DNA of 64,000 nucleotides, taken from NCBI GenBank assembly GCA_964304625.1, contig OZ199839.1, positions 10,263,287-10,327,286 of the forward strand, read 5' to 3'. The notes beneath the pieces are model-generated. The model did not search any database, was not told the DNA's origin, and saw only the letters and a program-made list of their open reading frames with translations. This document shows, piece after piece, positions 13,169 through 26,300 of this stretch. The stretch is from Kudoa neothunni. Its lineage: Eukaryota > Animalia > Cnidaria. Numbering within the stretch: position 1 is the first letter of the stretch; each line of letters begins with the position of its first letter. Position numbers and translations under genes: made by a program.

Positions 13169-15795
13169 CTATCTGATTCTTCCACCTATTGCAACCTTTT
13201 TTCGATAAATAACCATGTAATAGAACAATCCTCCAGCTACGCATAGTAGTACTCCAATAACACTCCCCCTAACAAAATCGTCATTTATTTTATATTCGGA
13301 AATATTACGATATAATTCCAGCAGTCTTTAAGCTATATTTAATATAAGCATCATATTCAAAATATTTAAATGTTACTGGTTTGAATTCACTGGAGCAATC
13401 ATATCAGGGGCTAAAATATATAATTATCGAATTTTCCTTTTGAATATTTTTCAAAGCCTACTATAAAATAAATATTATTACTAAACTCTAACATAAATAT
13501 TATTGATAATTTTCATTAGATACATATTATAGAAATATTAATTTGAATCGTTTTAATCAGGATCAAACGGCTTACCCTTTTGTGGTTCTCTGAGTAACTT
13601 TAGTTGTAGGTGAAGCTAACGTCGCAAATTAAATAAATATATTTACATTCGTTTTTACTAAAAAATATTCAATAACATTAATTAAAAAATGTTAATACCC
13701 TGTAGTTTCTTCTACTTTAACGGTCGCTATCAGAGGATTAATTTATTAGTTTCTTTAAGCGAAATACTTGGTCTGATCGTATAAATCGTTTCTCCGTGTG
13801 TATATTTCGCAGGTTTCACAATTAACTTATATGACTTGTCAGAGGAATAACCCGTGTATGTCATTGCGTTGCATTTTACTTGACAACTGCTACCAGTTTC
13901 TGTGCAAGGAGGTCCAACGTTGGTTGGCTTGGTAATATCCGTGATATCAAGTAGTGTGTTATAGCATACTATTTCAGACATCTCTCTTGCTGGATCCATA
14001 GTCGCAACAAAAGTTACTCTATCTCCATTTATTGTGTGTGTTATAGTTAATGTTGCGCCATCTAAACTAAATAACGATTTCATAATTAAACATCAATACC
14101 TGTTATCAACTCACTGATTTCCTTATCAGTTTGAAGATTATCAAACTTTATTAAAATTGAATATTCAGTACCGCGTTCCAATCTTTCAAGCTCAATTGAT
14201 TTAGAGCACATTACTCTACATGGGAATCTTCCATTACAATAGGCGTCAGTATAAAATTTTGCCCATTCGCTCTTTATTTTGACTATGCATGCGATTTTAT
14301 TTTCATTTGTAGTCATTGGTTGAAATCGCATTCTTGTGTCCAAAACTGTTATTTTTTCTTTGGGAAGCGTGATGGTATCCCCAGCTAGAGACTAAATTAA
14401 TATAACTATATAGAAAATTTATTACTCGTTTTTATATAAAATTCGGACGTTGTTTCCTCAGTGTTATCTTTTTTTGCGACGACAATTACAACGTAACCTA
14501 TCCCCGCAGTTAACGAGGAAATACTCTTGCTTTCGCAAGTGTTATCACCGTTATCAACAGAACAGTTAGCATCAGTTCTTGTTGTTACATCGGGATCGAG
14601 AGCATTTCTCGCATAAACATTACAACTGGTTGGGGATGTTGAACCATCAGAGATTTTCATACTCGAAAGGTCTAGTGTAAATCCTGTTGGTACCACGTCT
14701 GATGGTTCTATGGCATTGTTTGAAACTAAATGTATATTATACAGAATTAAATTAATTTTTAATACTTGAATAAGTTTTTATTTTGGGTGTTGTATTGGGA
14801 ATTTCACGAATAGAAACTGACGCCAATTGGTAAGTCGTCGCATCAACTTTCATCACAACCTCGGTACATAAACTTATGCATAATGTCTTACTTTCTCCAC
14901 AGGTAGATGTATATGTTTCGACGGCTGTAGATGCATCTTTTATCTTGAACTCACAAATTCTATCAGGCTTCGGGTTCAGAATAGTAATTTTAAGTTTTTG
15001 TTCTGTTTCTTTGGTTACTTTGAAAAAAATATCTGAAAATTCCGATGCATTAATTGTGTATTTATTCTGGATATGGTATACAAAATCCGGGAAAAAGTCG
15101 CCACATTTTAGAGTATATTCATGTCGATACGTCAGAAAACTTGCTTTTAGATAAGCTTGGTCTTTTGGTGTACAGGAATCTGAGTCATCGGTAGACTTGG
15201 TAATTTCGATGTCGTCAGAAGTAATTTTACATTCTGTTATAGGGCAAATCCTATTGTATGTAAATTTAACGTCATTAACGTCTTTTGATACAGTAATATC
15301 TGGGCTTAATATATAGCCTAAAATATATAACAATTTAATAAATTCTGCAATTTGAAGACTAGATTACTTTTTGGTATCAAAAAGACTTTTGTAAGGGTTG
15401 GAGTATTTTCAACCGTTTCTTTCGTTCCGGCAACCTTTACTAAAACAAATAATGTTGAAAATGAGACTTCTTCTAATTCTAAATTTTGCGCATTGCAATT
15501 TACAACACATTTATTTTGTATTTCAGTTTCAGTACAACCGAAATCTTTGTATGACAATTTGTTGTCTTCCACTTTAGATAACTGTATATAACATATATCT
15601 GTACTGGTAAATTCTTTGAGTGATATTTTAAGTTTATTTCTCTTATTTACTTCTTCCTTGATCCTAAATTCTAGATAATTGGTTTTTTGTGTATCCTGAG
15701 CACTTAATATGCCTAAAAAATATATACCAAGTTAAATAAGACCAGTTACCTATTAATAAAAGCGGAAAAACGTATATTTCAACGAATAAAGTCAT
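13169..15795 (-). CDS. Tandem surface-protein gene, copy 1 (signal peptide, 6 FN3-like Cys modules, micro-exon stalk, TM)
   Basis: ATG 15795 (MTLFVEIYVFPLLLIG-ILSAQD). ~37-50 nt GT-AG phase-1 introns join ORFs 15318-15572, 14752-15333, 14406-14696, 14086-14343 and 13730-14083. Terminal exon GSVIGVLLCVAGGLFYYMVIYRKKVAIGGRIR, TAG at 13169-13171. Confidence 0.85.
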
Positions 15796-15840
15796 AAAAA
15801 AATTATATCAGCGAATTAAATCTAGTATTTAGGCATTAGC

Positions 15841-15912
15841 GAATACGATCTATTCAATGAACAATACAACTTCCGAATACTCTTTTAAAGCTGAAATGTA
15901 TTCAAACTTTGA
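15841..15912 (-). promoter_or_regulatory. Conserved upstream motif block of the array genes (copy 1 instance)
   Basis: Near-palindrome GAATACGATCTATTC ~45-60 nt upstream of the ATG plus GTATTCAAACTT further upstream. Present in all five copies (15841, ~30254, 34510, 45236, 52045) amid diverged sequence. Confidence 0.55.
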
Positions 15913-16030
15913 CATTAATGATAGATAATTGTAAATTATGGGAATGTTTTGATATATTTCTAAAATTCTATCGGCCATAAATAACGGTATATAAGACCTC
16001 TTCTATTCGCAGAGATATACCGTCTAAATA

Positions 16031-17413
16031 TAGGGTTTTCCGAGCTTTAGTGACATCATGTCAAGCTTAATGACACGTGCGTAATTTAAGCTTATAATTA
16101 CGTTCACATTGTAAATTAATCGAATAAAAAATAATATGAGTGCGTATAAATTTAACATTACACGTTAGTTTAATATTTATGAACTTTAAAAACAGATAAT
16201 AGCGACGATTCTCAAATGAAAAACTCGAACCAAATTTAAGAGACAAACAATAAGTGACCGAGATAGGAAAATGATTGCTAATCAGTGCGAATTGGGTTAC
16301 AGCAACGCCGTCATCGCTGAAAATGTTGAAATTAAGCGACAAACTGTTGCTTCAATTGTAAAATCGTATCTTCTTGATGGGAAAGAAAAGTCATTAAAAA
16401 GGGGTGGTGACTTTTCTTCAAAACTCAATGAAGATCAAAAGTTGCGTATTAGAAGTTGGGTGGATGAGGACGCCACATTACCCTTGAGACTCTTCGTCAA
16501 AAATTATTAGACGAATGTGGCGTGAGTGTTAGCGTTAGCACAATAAATAGATGCCTTAAAGAATTCCATTATTCTTTAAAAATGCTCACCATTGTTCCTG
16601 AACGAAGAAACTCTGACGATACGCTGGAAAAACGTTTTGTGTACGCCCAAGAGTTCAATTCAAAATTGCTTGAGGCAGAAGGGCAGCAACTTTGTTTTTA
16701 TTGACGACGTTGGTTTTAATGTATCGTCATGTACAAGACAGGGTCGTTCGCTTGCTGGTACATCAGCATATGTAAACGTGAAAGCCGTCAAGTCAAGGAA
16801 CATATCCGTCATCGCAGCGATGAATAAGTATGGCATGGTGCTATATAAAATAAATCGAAGACCAGTAAATGGCGAAGATTTTAAAGAGTTCCTCATTGAG
16901 TTGGCAGATTTGTGCCGTTCTTTGGAAATTGAAGATCCATGCTTCATACTCGATAATGCAAAGATACATCATTATCGGGGACTTAGCGAAATTTTAGCAA
17001 CGTTACAACTAACGTTGATGTATCTACCTCCGTATTCACCCTTCATGAATCCAATTGAAAATGTTTTCAGCAAATGGAAAAACCATGTTGTGAGAGGACA
17101 TGCGAGAAATGAAAGCGACCTTTTAAATTTAATAGATGATGGTTTCAAAGTTATTACCACCAACGACTGCTCAAGTTATTATCGAAAAATGCTTCGATAT
17201 ATCAGCAGATGTTTGAACCGAGAAATTATTTTAGAATAAGTATAAATTATACGATAGTGTTTGGATATCTTTTTCAAATTCCCAAAATTATTATTTTTTG
17301 TTCATTCGAAATTTAAAGTAATATTTTCGTATTTTTTTACCCAATTATATAGCTATCTTAAATACCGTGTCACTAATGCTTGACATGATGTCACTAAAGC
17401 TCGGAAAACCCTA
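16031..17413 (+). mobile_element. IS630/Tc1-superfamily DD34E DNA transposon; transposase with two frameshifts
   Basis: 36-bp perfect TIRs (TAGGGTTTTCCGAGCTTTAGTGACATCATGTCAAGC) and TA duplication (16029-30, 17414-15); empty site visible upstream of copy 4 (~45420 CTAAATAAGAAAG). Transposase 16271-17239 with FVFIDD, ILDNAKIHH, LPPYSPFMNPIE and 34 residues between the second D and E. Confidence 0.95.
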
Positions 17414-17415
17414 TA

Positions 17416-20359
17416 AGAAAGCGACTTACGCACAAGACATCCGTTATCCCTGTCGGTTCGATGTGGGTCGTTTGTGATCCCACTAGAGCTATTTTTGTTT
17501 AATTCCTAGAGTTTTGATGTGACCATTTAATGAATTTGAAAATTTTTCGATAAAACTATGAGTTTTAATAGAATTTATATTAGTTTAAGCCTTTAAAGAT
17601 TAATTATACAACATTTTTTAAGACGAAAGATCATTTGCGGTAACGGTGTATTGGTGTACTTACATGCTACCAAAATTCGTTTTGATGCTTTGTATATTTT
17701 TAATCGTATTTCTCACGATTTTTTTTATTATTTTTAAAAAATTTAACCATAAATAAATTAACAAATTTTCATTCCTAACGTTTAGCAATTCTTTATACGT
17801 AATCATATGTTTGATCGCGTTTCCTTCCTGTGATCGCCGGATTATAGGTAGATAAATTCTTGTTATATGTTGATCGATAGCTTTTTTTAAAATTAATCTT
17901 TCATTACTAATTAATTAAAGATATAGTTATATTTTAGTAGAATTTATACATAAATCTGACGAGCAAAAATGTATTAAAAAATGTTGAACCTTTTGCGGAT
18001 TATCTACCTGAACGAAATAGTGGTGATGGTCCATATTAGAACTGACGATGAGTTCATATGCTTATAGACATTGGTACTCTTTTGTTTATTTTATTAATAT
18101 CAAAAAATCATATGCGGAATTCCAACTAGATGTATCAATTGCAGGGGTTACCATACAATGTATACATCAAATAGGAGGTATACCAAACTTCGAAAAAGGC
18201 GCCTGATGAATTAAGCATCTCATAAATAATGAGGAGAATTTTACAATCTATGTGTGTACGAAATAATAGGCATATGAGATTACATATTATTTTAATAATG
18301 ACAGGTAGATGCAAAACAAAATTTTATCTCACAAAGGACACGTTTTATTTGTAATAAATAGTGGGTAAAAATAGAAAGTTAGTGTATACAACATAAAGTG
18401 TGTTTTCCACAGGTCTGGAGACTTAACGAAGATTTCAGTGTACCCACTGATGATGTTGTGTTTGGGATTTTGTAACAAAATTAGATGATATTATATTTAT
18501 CTGAATTATTGCTCTCGGTGTTTATTTATTTTATTATAAACAATCGTGAAAGAATCGGCGATAAAACTATGCGCGGAAGGGTGTTTTTGAGGTGCCACAT
18601 CCTACCCCTATTACCTCTGGTATTTTCTACTATTAACGCGGATCATTCCACCTGATCATGGGAAAAAAAATATCTAATTCATTATGGACAATTAAAAGTG
18701 TGTAACCATGAAATATACATGGAACAAATAGGAAGTAACAATTTAAATCCCTAATAATATATAAACTTAAATAACCCAACTGGAGGGTTAATCCGAAGGT
18801 TTCTGAAAATATATAATTAAATTTTTCGGGAATTGAACAACCCTGCCCAATATTTAAAATTGTTAAAAAATTATCGTGAAAGAATCGGCAAAAATAAATG
18901 AAGTTTAGAGGTTAAAATCAAATAGCCGTCTCCTTTACCATTACCTTTATTAGAATAACAAATTTAAAACACAGTTTGCTGGACAGCGTGTCCACCTCCA
19001 GGCATGCGCGGAACTTTATTTTAAATCAACGATTTATATATCTTTGACTTTAAAACATTAGCTAGAATTTAATAACCAAAATGAAAATTCCATTGAAATA
19101 AAATACAAGAAATATACATATTAAAAGATTACATAAAGGATATTATATATTAAAAAACCACCATATTGGACACTCTGTCCATGCCCATGCATCGGAGGGT
19201 TAATTTATTATTTTAGCTGAAAAATAAACAGTCCCTCAATAGACGTATTGGAGTTCATAAATGTATTCCTTATTATATTGAATCTGAAAAGTAATGAAAA
19301 TTAAATCACTTTTCTTTTCCTCAAATAATTACAAATTTATCAAACTTTTTATTATGATCTGTACGTCTGTGCTAATATTGCGAGGTATTTTTCTATTGTG
19401 TGGCTTCTCCCTTGTCCCATTTGAATGCCGCAATAACTAGGTTAGGCCTATAACAATTTAGGTGTTTTTCTTATAAATTCATACAGATTTTAAATTTTAA
19501 ACTACCGAAGTTTAAAGGTTTTCTAAACAAACATCTTAATAGTTTTAAATCGATGAATTATTTTAATTTAAAATCAATTCAAAAGTCATTCATAGGAATC
19601 AGAGCATATTCCATTTATGCATTTAATGGTAAAACTATAACCAACATGTCCAAATAAAAAATATAGCTTGTTGAGTTTTTGCATAAGTTTCGTTCGTTAG
19701 ACTAAAATTTTGATTTTAATAGATTAATTTAACTCTAATTTTCGTTAACAGTATAATTTTCGACCATGTGACTTTATAATAATTTTTATTTCTGCGCTAA
19801 ATTATTGATAACGGATCTCTTTTATATCAATGTGAAATATATGAATACTTGTTTAATTCTTTGAACCAGTGTTCCCAATCTTTTTTCTATCGCACCCACT
19901 TTTTTCAAAAGTATTAATTTTGTAACTTAAACTGTTTATAACTTATAATATAACTTTCTATAACATTAAAATTTAAAAGAAATTGATATATATTTCTTGT
20001 CTTATTCAAATTAAAATTTTCACCACATGATCTAACTTAATTTATCGGTGGACCTTCAAAATTAACATATTTAGTTCTTCGATGCATCAAAAATAGCATC
20101 AAGCAAAACTCGGGGTATTTCAACCTTCATTAGGAACGATTTTCGTCTATAAGTGACTTATAAACTGAATATAAATAATCAATATTGAAAATTAATCAAT
20201 ATTACATTAGGTTAAATCAAAAAAGGAGATATATGATTCTAAATGAGGCAAGATTGAGATCAAATCATTTTAATTCTATTCGGGTGAAGGACACGTTAAA
20301 TTTTATTATTAATTTTCGTAATAATTAGTCATTATTTTTTGTTAGTTTTTATAATATTA
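17416..20359. repeat. Segmental duplication, paralogous to ~45425-48358
   Basis: Spacer upstream of copy 1 aligns with the spacer upstream of copy 4; almost identical near the gene, more diverged distally. Confidence 0.95.
19867..20359. mobile_element. Truncated copy of the hAT-type MITE at 47882-48539
   Basis: Starts CAGTGTTCCCAA after CTTTGAAC and aligns with 47882-48358 until interrupted by a Helitron end. Confidence 0.7.
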
Positions 20360-20412
20360 CTAGCGGGAATTTCCCAGCGTTGCTTGGGGAAGATTTCGCC
20401 TAGATACGGTTT
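20360..20412 (-). mobile_element. Helitron 3' terminus (hairpin plus CTAG)
   Basis: CTAGCGGGAATTTCCCAGCGTTGCTTGGG resembles the Helitron end at 39303. Alignment with the 48-kb paralogous spacer stops here. Confidence 0.6.
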
Positions 20413-20416
20413 TTAA

Positions 20417-20850
20417 CCCTTTAACGGCTAACCATGGAACTGTTACGTTAAGGCTAACCATTGGATCCCACGATCCATCGGATTAAAATTTAGGATTAAT
20501 GGATTACAAAATAATTCGATTTATTTTAAATACTCTATGAAATAGACGCAAAGAGAAATAAACAGCTCAGAAAGCAATTAATTTTTCGATTCACAATTTA
20601 TACATATAATGTTTTTTGGTTGAATGCTCATTGCGAACATATTTTGTTTCCATGTTATACAAGTTTGCTTACTTCTCCTGTCAAGAGCAAGGGGACAATA
20701 TTTGCAGCGTTTCCTCACCACGTTGGTATACATCGTTTTTAGAGACCACCTCATTATCCAACTTGTATCCAATTACTTCAAATGACCGTTTTACTGCGGG
20801 ATGGTGTGCAATCTTAAGATTAGTAAATCTTATGTCCTGGTGCTGTTTAA
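20417..20850 (-). mobile_element. piggyBac 3' remnant
   Basis: TTAA followed by CCCTTTAACGG terminus. ORF 20578-20772 encodes a degenerate C-terminal Cys-rich domain (RKRCKYCP..DRRSKQTC...CINC). Confidence 0.75.
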
Positions 20851-23347
20851 GATAGTGACTATTTGCACTACATATGCGTATGCGCGAGGATTAATGGATT
20901 TTTTTTCTTCCGTTTTTCATGCCTTAGACGCCATATCACTTAAAAAATAAAAACTAATATTGAAACTAACCATTTTTTGAGAAATGAATAAACTGAAAAA
21001 AAATGTTTTTTTCATTTTTTATATTTGACATAGTTTCTTATACATTTTTGGTCTTCCTTTGACTCTGGTTGAAGAAATATTGAATTCAAATCTTTCGGAT
21101 GAGTTTTCTTTTATTTTGTTAATTAAATATACTGTTTTTTCTTCATTCTGTTTGAGAATGTTCTCCAAATCAGTGTAAAATGATTTATATTGGTTCCCTC
21201 CAAGTGAGTTTAATTGATTTAATATTTTTTCACATAACTGCTTGTTATCGTCGAATTTGGATTTTGAATTATTTTCAGACAATTCGTGCAGGAAAATATT
21301 TGGGAAGTCAACTTTTGTGGGGCTTGTTACGGGAGATAATTCGTCGTGATTTAATGGAATTCCATAATTTGAATGTTTAGGTTCACATTCGTCACGTCGT
21401 TGGTCAGTGTCCTTGTAAAACCACCTTCCAGTACAAAGGGACTCTCCAGTTAAAAGATTAGATTTTAACATGGAAAATAAATGATTGCATGGAAGTGATA
21501 GCTGTTGATAAAATACACAATCACACTTGTATGTATTGTCATTAAGATGCGTAACCATGGCCGAATTACCCAAAGTATGTACAAAATATATGTTACGTAG
21601 TTTCCAAATAGTCAAACATTGGGAGATTCATTATTTCGTGTTTTATTTTATTGGAGGCAAACGTTGATAATTTGTTGATAACTTGTAAAGCATCTCCATC
21701 GATATTCTGGATTTTTGTTTTCATCACAGTCAATTCCCTTTTTATCAAACTATCACTACAGACGGTCTTACAATAATTTAGTATGTCATTTAATTGATTA
21801 ACGAGCGATGACTTTGATAAAAATCGTTTTAATTTTCCATGCTCTTGTTCCACCCTATTGTTGGTATTAGAGCCGAATGTTAAAACATCTAGTCGAAGAA
21901 AATGAGTCCACATAGGCTTTATGTTTAACCAATTTTTTAACAGATATGTGAAATATGGTGGATGAGTTTCAGTGATTTCATTGATTATACGGTCGAACAA
22001 CTCACTACTCAACGCGTATATAAGTTTTTTGGACAATTCTTTTAACTTTTCTTTTTTACTTTTAAGTATTGACATGGCATCTAACGTGGCTATTTTTCTC
22101 TCCATTGCTTTATAAACATGGAAGGAACATAACAATATTCTTGTATGTGGAAAGCACTCTTTTAAGGCATTAAACTCGGTTGCATCCTTATCGATAAATG
22201 CAACACGAGTTCCACTTATATTTTCCATCATTTTTACAAAAGCGGAAAATATGGAACAAGTCCTTCCATTAATGTCGACAACCGCAAAATTATAAAGCGG
22301 ATAATGCCAGTCATTGACTTTATATGTTGAGTCAATGTGTATAACTTAACTTTAGGGTATTTTTGATAAATTTTTTTCAATGTTTTTGTGGTAAAACATA
22401 TGTAATTTAGCTGATCATCGTCATCTTTACAAACATCTAACAGGATATCATCCCCATGTATATTATATAATTCATCAAAATCGTTTGAAAGTTTTGGTGA
22501 TTTAGTGGATTTATAATTTAAATTTCTAATTTTTTTGAGACTGATTGGAATGTTTAGATCGGTTTCAAGTGATAACTTTTTTATTATCACATCCCCAATT
22601 AAGATACTTCTCAAGATCCTCTTGAATGGACGTTGGTAGTTTTTGGTTATGTTTATAACATAGAATATTGAATCGTTCATGGTTGTGCATTATATTGTAC
22701 TTTGACACGTACAAATAGGTATCAGTACTCGAGATAATTATAAAAGCTTCGCAGCCATTAGCTAGCTGTGAGCTTGATCTAATTATATTTTCTCGTAGTT
22801 TTCTTTTATTTCCATGGAAGCATATATATTTTATGTAACGATATTGCAACTCGTTTCAATCAGTTGACTAATTCTTGATGCTCCATCCGACACGATAAGT
22901 ATAACCAGACTTCTATTTCTATAAGGTGTTTAAAATTGTTCTCTTTACTTATAAACCTTAATGAAATATTCAAGACATTGTTTCATTTCTGAATAAGAAT
23001 AAAAACGACATTGGAATAACTCGTGTTCCTCCATGCTTATTCCGCACGATAAGTTAACGCAGCTCGTCTTTTCGGTTGAGCAAGTTGTCAGAAAATTTCT
23101 CTTATATTATCTGTTCATATTGTTATTGTATTTTTAACTTCTAAAAAAAGCTTTAATGCTACAAATGAGAAACTAATATGTTATGAACTCAATAAATATA
23201 ATTGATGTCTGAAAACGAACATAAAAATAAATTGTATCGCATTAATATGTTTTCTTTAAGTAATATGGCGCCTAAGGCATGAAAAACGGAAGAAAAAAAT
23301 CCATTAATCCTTGCGCATACACATTTGTAGTGCAAATAGTCACTATC
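20851..23347 (-). mobile_element. Mutator-like (MULE) transposon, frameshifted transposase
   Basis: ~90-bp imperfect TIRs (GATAGTGACTATTTGCACTAC...) and 9-bp TSD GCTGTTTAA. ORF pieces give an N-terminal Cys/His domain (YICFHG..GCEAFI..HNHE), DDE core (IDKD..ILLCSFHV, TNNRVEQEH), SWIM finger (CDCVFYQQLSLPCNHL) and KGRPK. Confidence 0.95.
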
Positions 23348-23370
23348 GCTGTTTAATTAGTTCCATGGAT

Positions 23371-26300
23371 GGCACACGTGAACTATTGCGACACAAACAT
23401 AATCCAGATTAATTACAGGCCGCTTTTAATACCCTATTTTATTCCTGTAAATAAAGTGTATGCACAGTATGAAACTAGTGATAATCATTATATCATTATT
23501 GGTATAATTATTGTCGGTAATTAAAAGTATGCAGCACCTATAAAACACCCTCGTGCATGTGTTTTTACGAATTTCTTTTTTGCACGATTGTTCGTATTAA
23601 AAAAAGGGCACTAGCGACGAATTGTGGACCCGGATTAAGGAGATTACGCAGCTTTTAATCGCTCTAAAATGAGTTCCGATTTCGTTTCATCGATAACTTC
23701 TTCAGAAGAGGCCAGTTTTAAATTTTTGCAGGATAAAAACATTTGAGGAAAACACCTCCGTTATGTGAGGATTGTGGGAAATAAGAGAATTTGATAAAAT
23801 ATCGAAGTTCCAAAATTTAAGTGTCCCACACAAAAATATTAAGATGTTTTTGAAGAAAGGCACGTTTCAATAATTTCTTAAGGTCTGCTATTTCTGGGGC
23901 ATAGTAGAACCATTTTTTGGAGCAAATGATGAGTTTTCATTAGATAAAGTCAATTCCTATTGGCTCTTTGCCGGGCCAATAGACATTGCCTTTCTCTTTT
24001 ACTCAAATTTAGGATTAAGGGATTATGCATGGATTACGCAAGGTCTACAATTCGCCACCAGTGCCAAAAAAAGAAAGTGTAGAGTTTGGATTCAGCTCAA
24101 AATAAAAACTTGTAAATTTTATGAATTTTTCATCCGAACGCCATGGGAAACACGTTTAATCTCCATCTTTTTTCAACAAACATTGGATTATTTTGTTTCT
24201 TCCTTAGTTATTAACTTAAAAGTTATTTATTATTACTATTTAGATTTTTTACTATACATATAAATTTTATAACGACTAACTTTAAAAATATACTTTTTGA
24301 AAATTTCACAAAAACACCTCATTTTTCACTATAGCCAAAATACTTTATAATTTTTTAAATGTAGATAATAATGAAGTATAACTTGTTTTAGTTTATAATT
24401 TTTTTAGTAAATTTTTTAATAGAAACTAAGAAATTATTTAATTATTATTATTATTAAAATTCCCAAACCTAATTGTTAAAAATGGTAATATTAGTTACCC
24501 TTGCTTTGAAATATATGTGAAATATTATAAACTATATTGTTATTATTTTATAAGTCTTCATGTATATCAAAATTCCTAACGAGAAATTTGACAAAATATA
24601 TATTAACTAACAATGTTTTGGGATATAATCAAAATATGTTAACTTATGTCTTTATTTTTATTGACACATATTTAATTCATTAAAACTAATAATTTTATAC
24701 AAATAACAATCTTTTTTGGTTTTTAGATTTTATTATAACAATATTTTTACATTTATCGAATGCTTATAATAAGCACAAGTAAGAATTCCTCTTCAAAAAT
24801 AATAACTTCATATAATCTACCTTAAGTTATTTCCCTATTAAAAATAAATGTTTATCTAAAATAGAATGTTTATTAATTATTAAAAAAATTCATCAAATCC
24901 AAGAGAATTAACAAAATGCATTTGAGAACACGTGGTTAAGTCTTCTCGCTTTGAAACTATTCACACTTGAAACCCATATAAACATGTATGAAGAAATTTG
25001 ATATTGTATCATTTGAGTTTATATGGTGAAAAATGTGAAATATAACTATTTAATAAATGAATGTGGAAACAAATTAGAGATTCATTTAACGTTTACTGAG
25101 AATGAGTAAAGAATAACAAATGAATTATGGGTATCGAGTTTGGATTCAATACAAAATTTAGAAGTTATTTTTCCACTAAATTTTTTCTTCTCGTATTCTT
25201 TTATTTTATTATAAATCATCATAAATAAAGGGGCGCGGAAGAAATATTGGCAAGAGAATGTTTTTAGGTGCCGCATACTTTATCATTACCCCGATGTTCT
25301 TTATTTCTATCTTCTCTATAAAAAATAAAACAATTTAGGGATTTCAATCAATTTTGTTATATTTAAACTGAGAAATAGCATATCATTCGTACGAATTAGG
25401 TTTAAATGTCAGATATTTTTAGAATATAAATATGATTGATAAATTCGAATTATACATTTATTATTACTGGCAATTGCTTTTAAATATGCTTGTTTGTATA
25501 TTACCACTTGATATATATTTACATAAATTTAAATTCCATTATTTATTTACAAATCCAAAAGTTTAGATGATAATATTACCGATATTTCCTAGGTCGTTAT
25601 CATTTGCAACAATAATTTTTTAATTAAGTAGACGTCTACCCCTTTTTTGTGGATGATTTAATTAAAAATTAACTCAGAAAAAAATGCGACATAAATGTGG
25701 TTTAGATCGAAAATTATATCATTATTACAAAGCTACATCAAAATAAAAACACACTTGAACAATATAATACATCAATAATAGCTAAAAACAAGAGACCGAT
25801 ATAAAATAACTAATAATAAAGAAAAGGTATAAGATAAAAGTTTATGGATAAAAGATAGCTATAAATGCGTGAATGCAATAGATATTAAAAAGTGAACCAC
25901 TCGGACAAATGCTTTAACATATTGTTAAACCGATTTAGAGGAGTTTTTCCATGTAGCTCTACCCAAAGAAATTCGTCTAAATATGAATCCAGAACGGAGG
26001 AATGAACCCCTAGCATTCTCTTAAACTTCATTTTGCAATTCCTCCAGTTGCACTCTACATGGTTAGTATGCACCCCTGTAATTGGGTCTTTAAAATTTTT
26101 TTTATGATTCACCTTTTTGTGAATGTATGGGGGAGTTACATTAATATTTAATATATCATTGTTACCACCTCAACAATCCAAACGAATTTCTGTACCCGGC
26201 TTTATATATTGTTTTATATAGAAAGACAGGGTTGCAGCCGTTCTATCGGGGACAAAAGTTAAAAATCCCATTTTGGTGTAAGGATCGTCACCACCCATCT

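Noticed and set aside
13730-15572. Abutting small ORFs that look like a repeated prokaryotic operon, or like stop-codon readthrough / an alternative genetic code
   Set aside because: Each break coincides with a 37-50 nt GT-AG phase-1 intron whose removal gives one protein, and the 5.5-kb Sin3 exon is open in the standard code.
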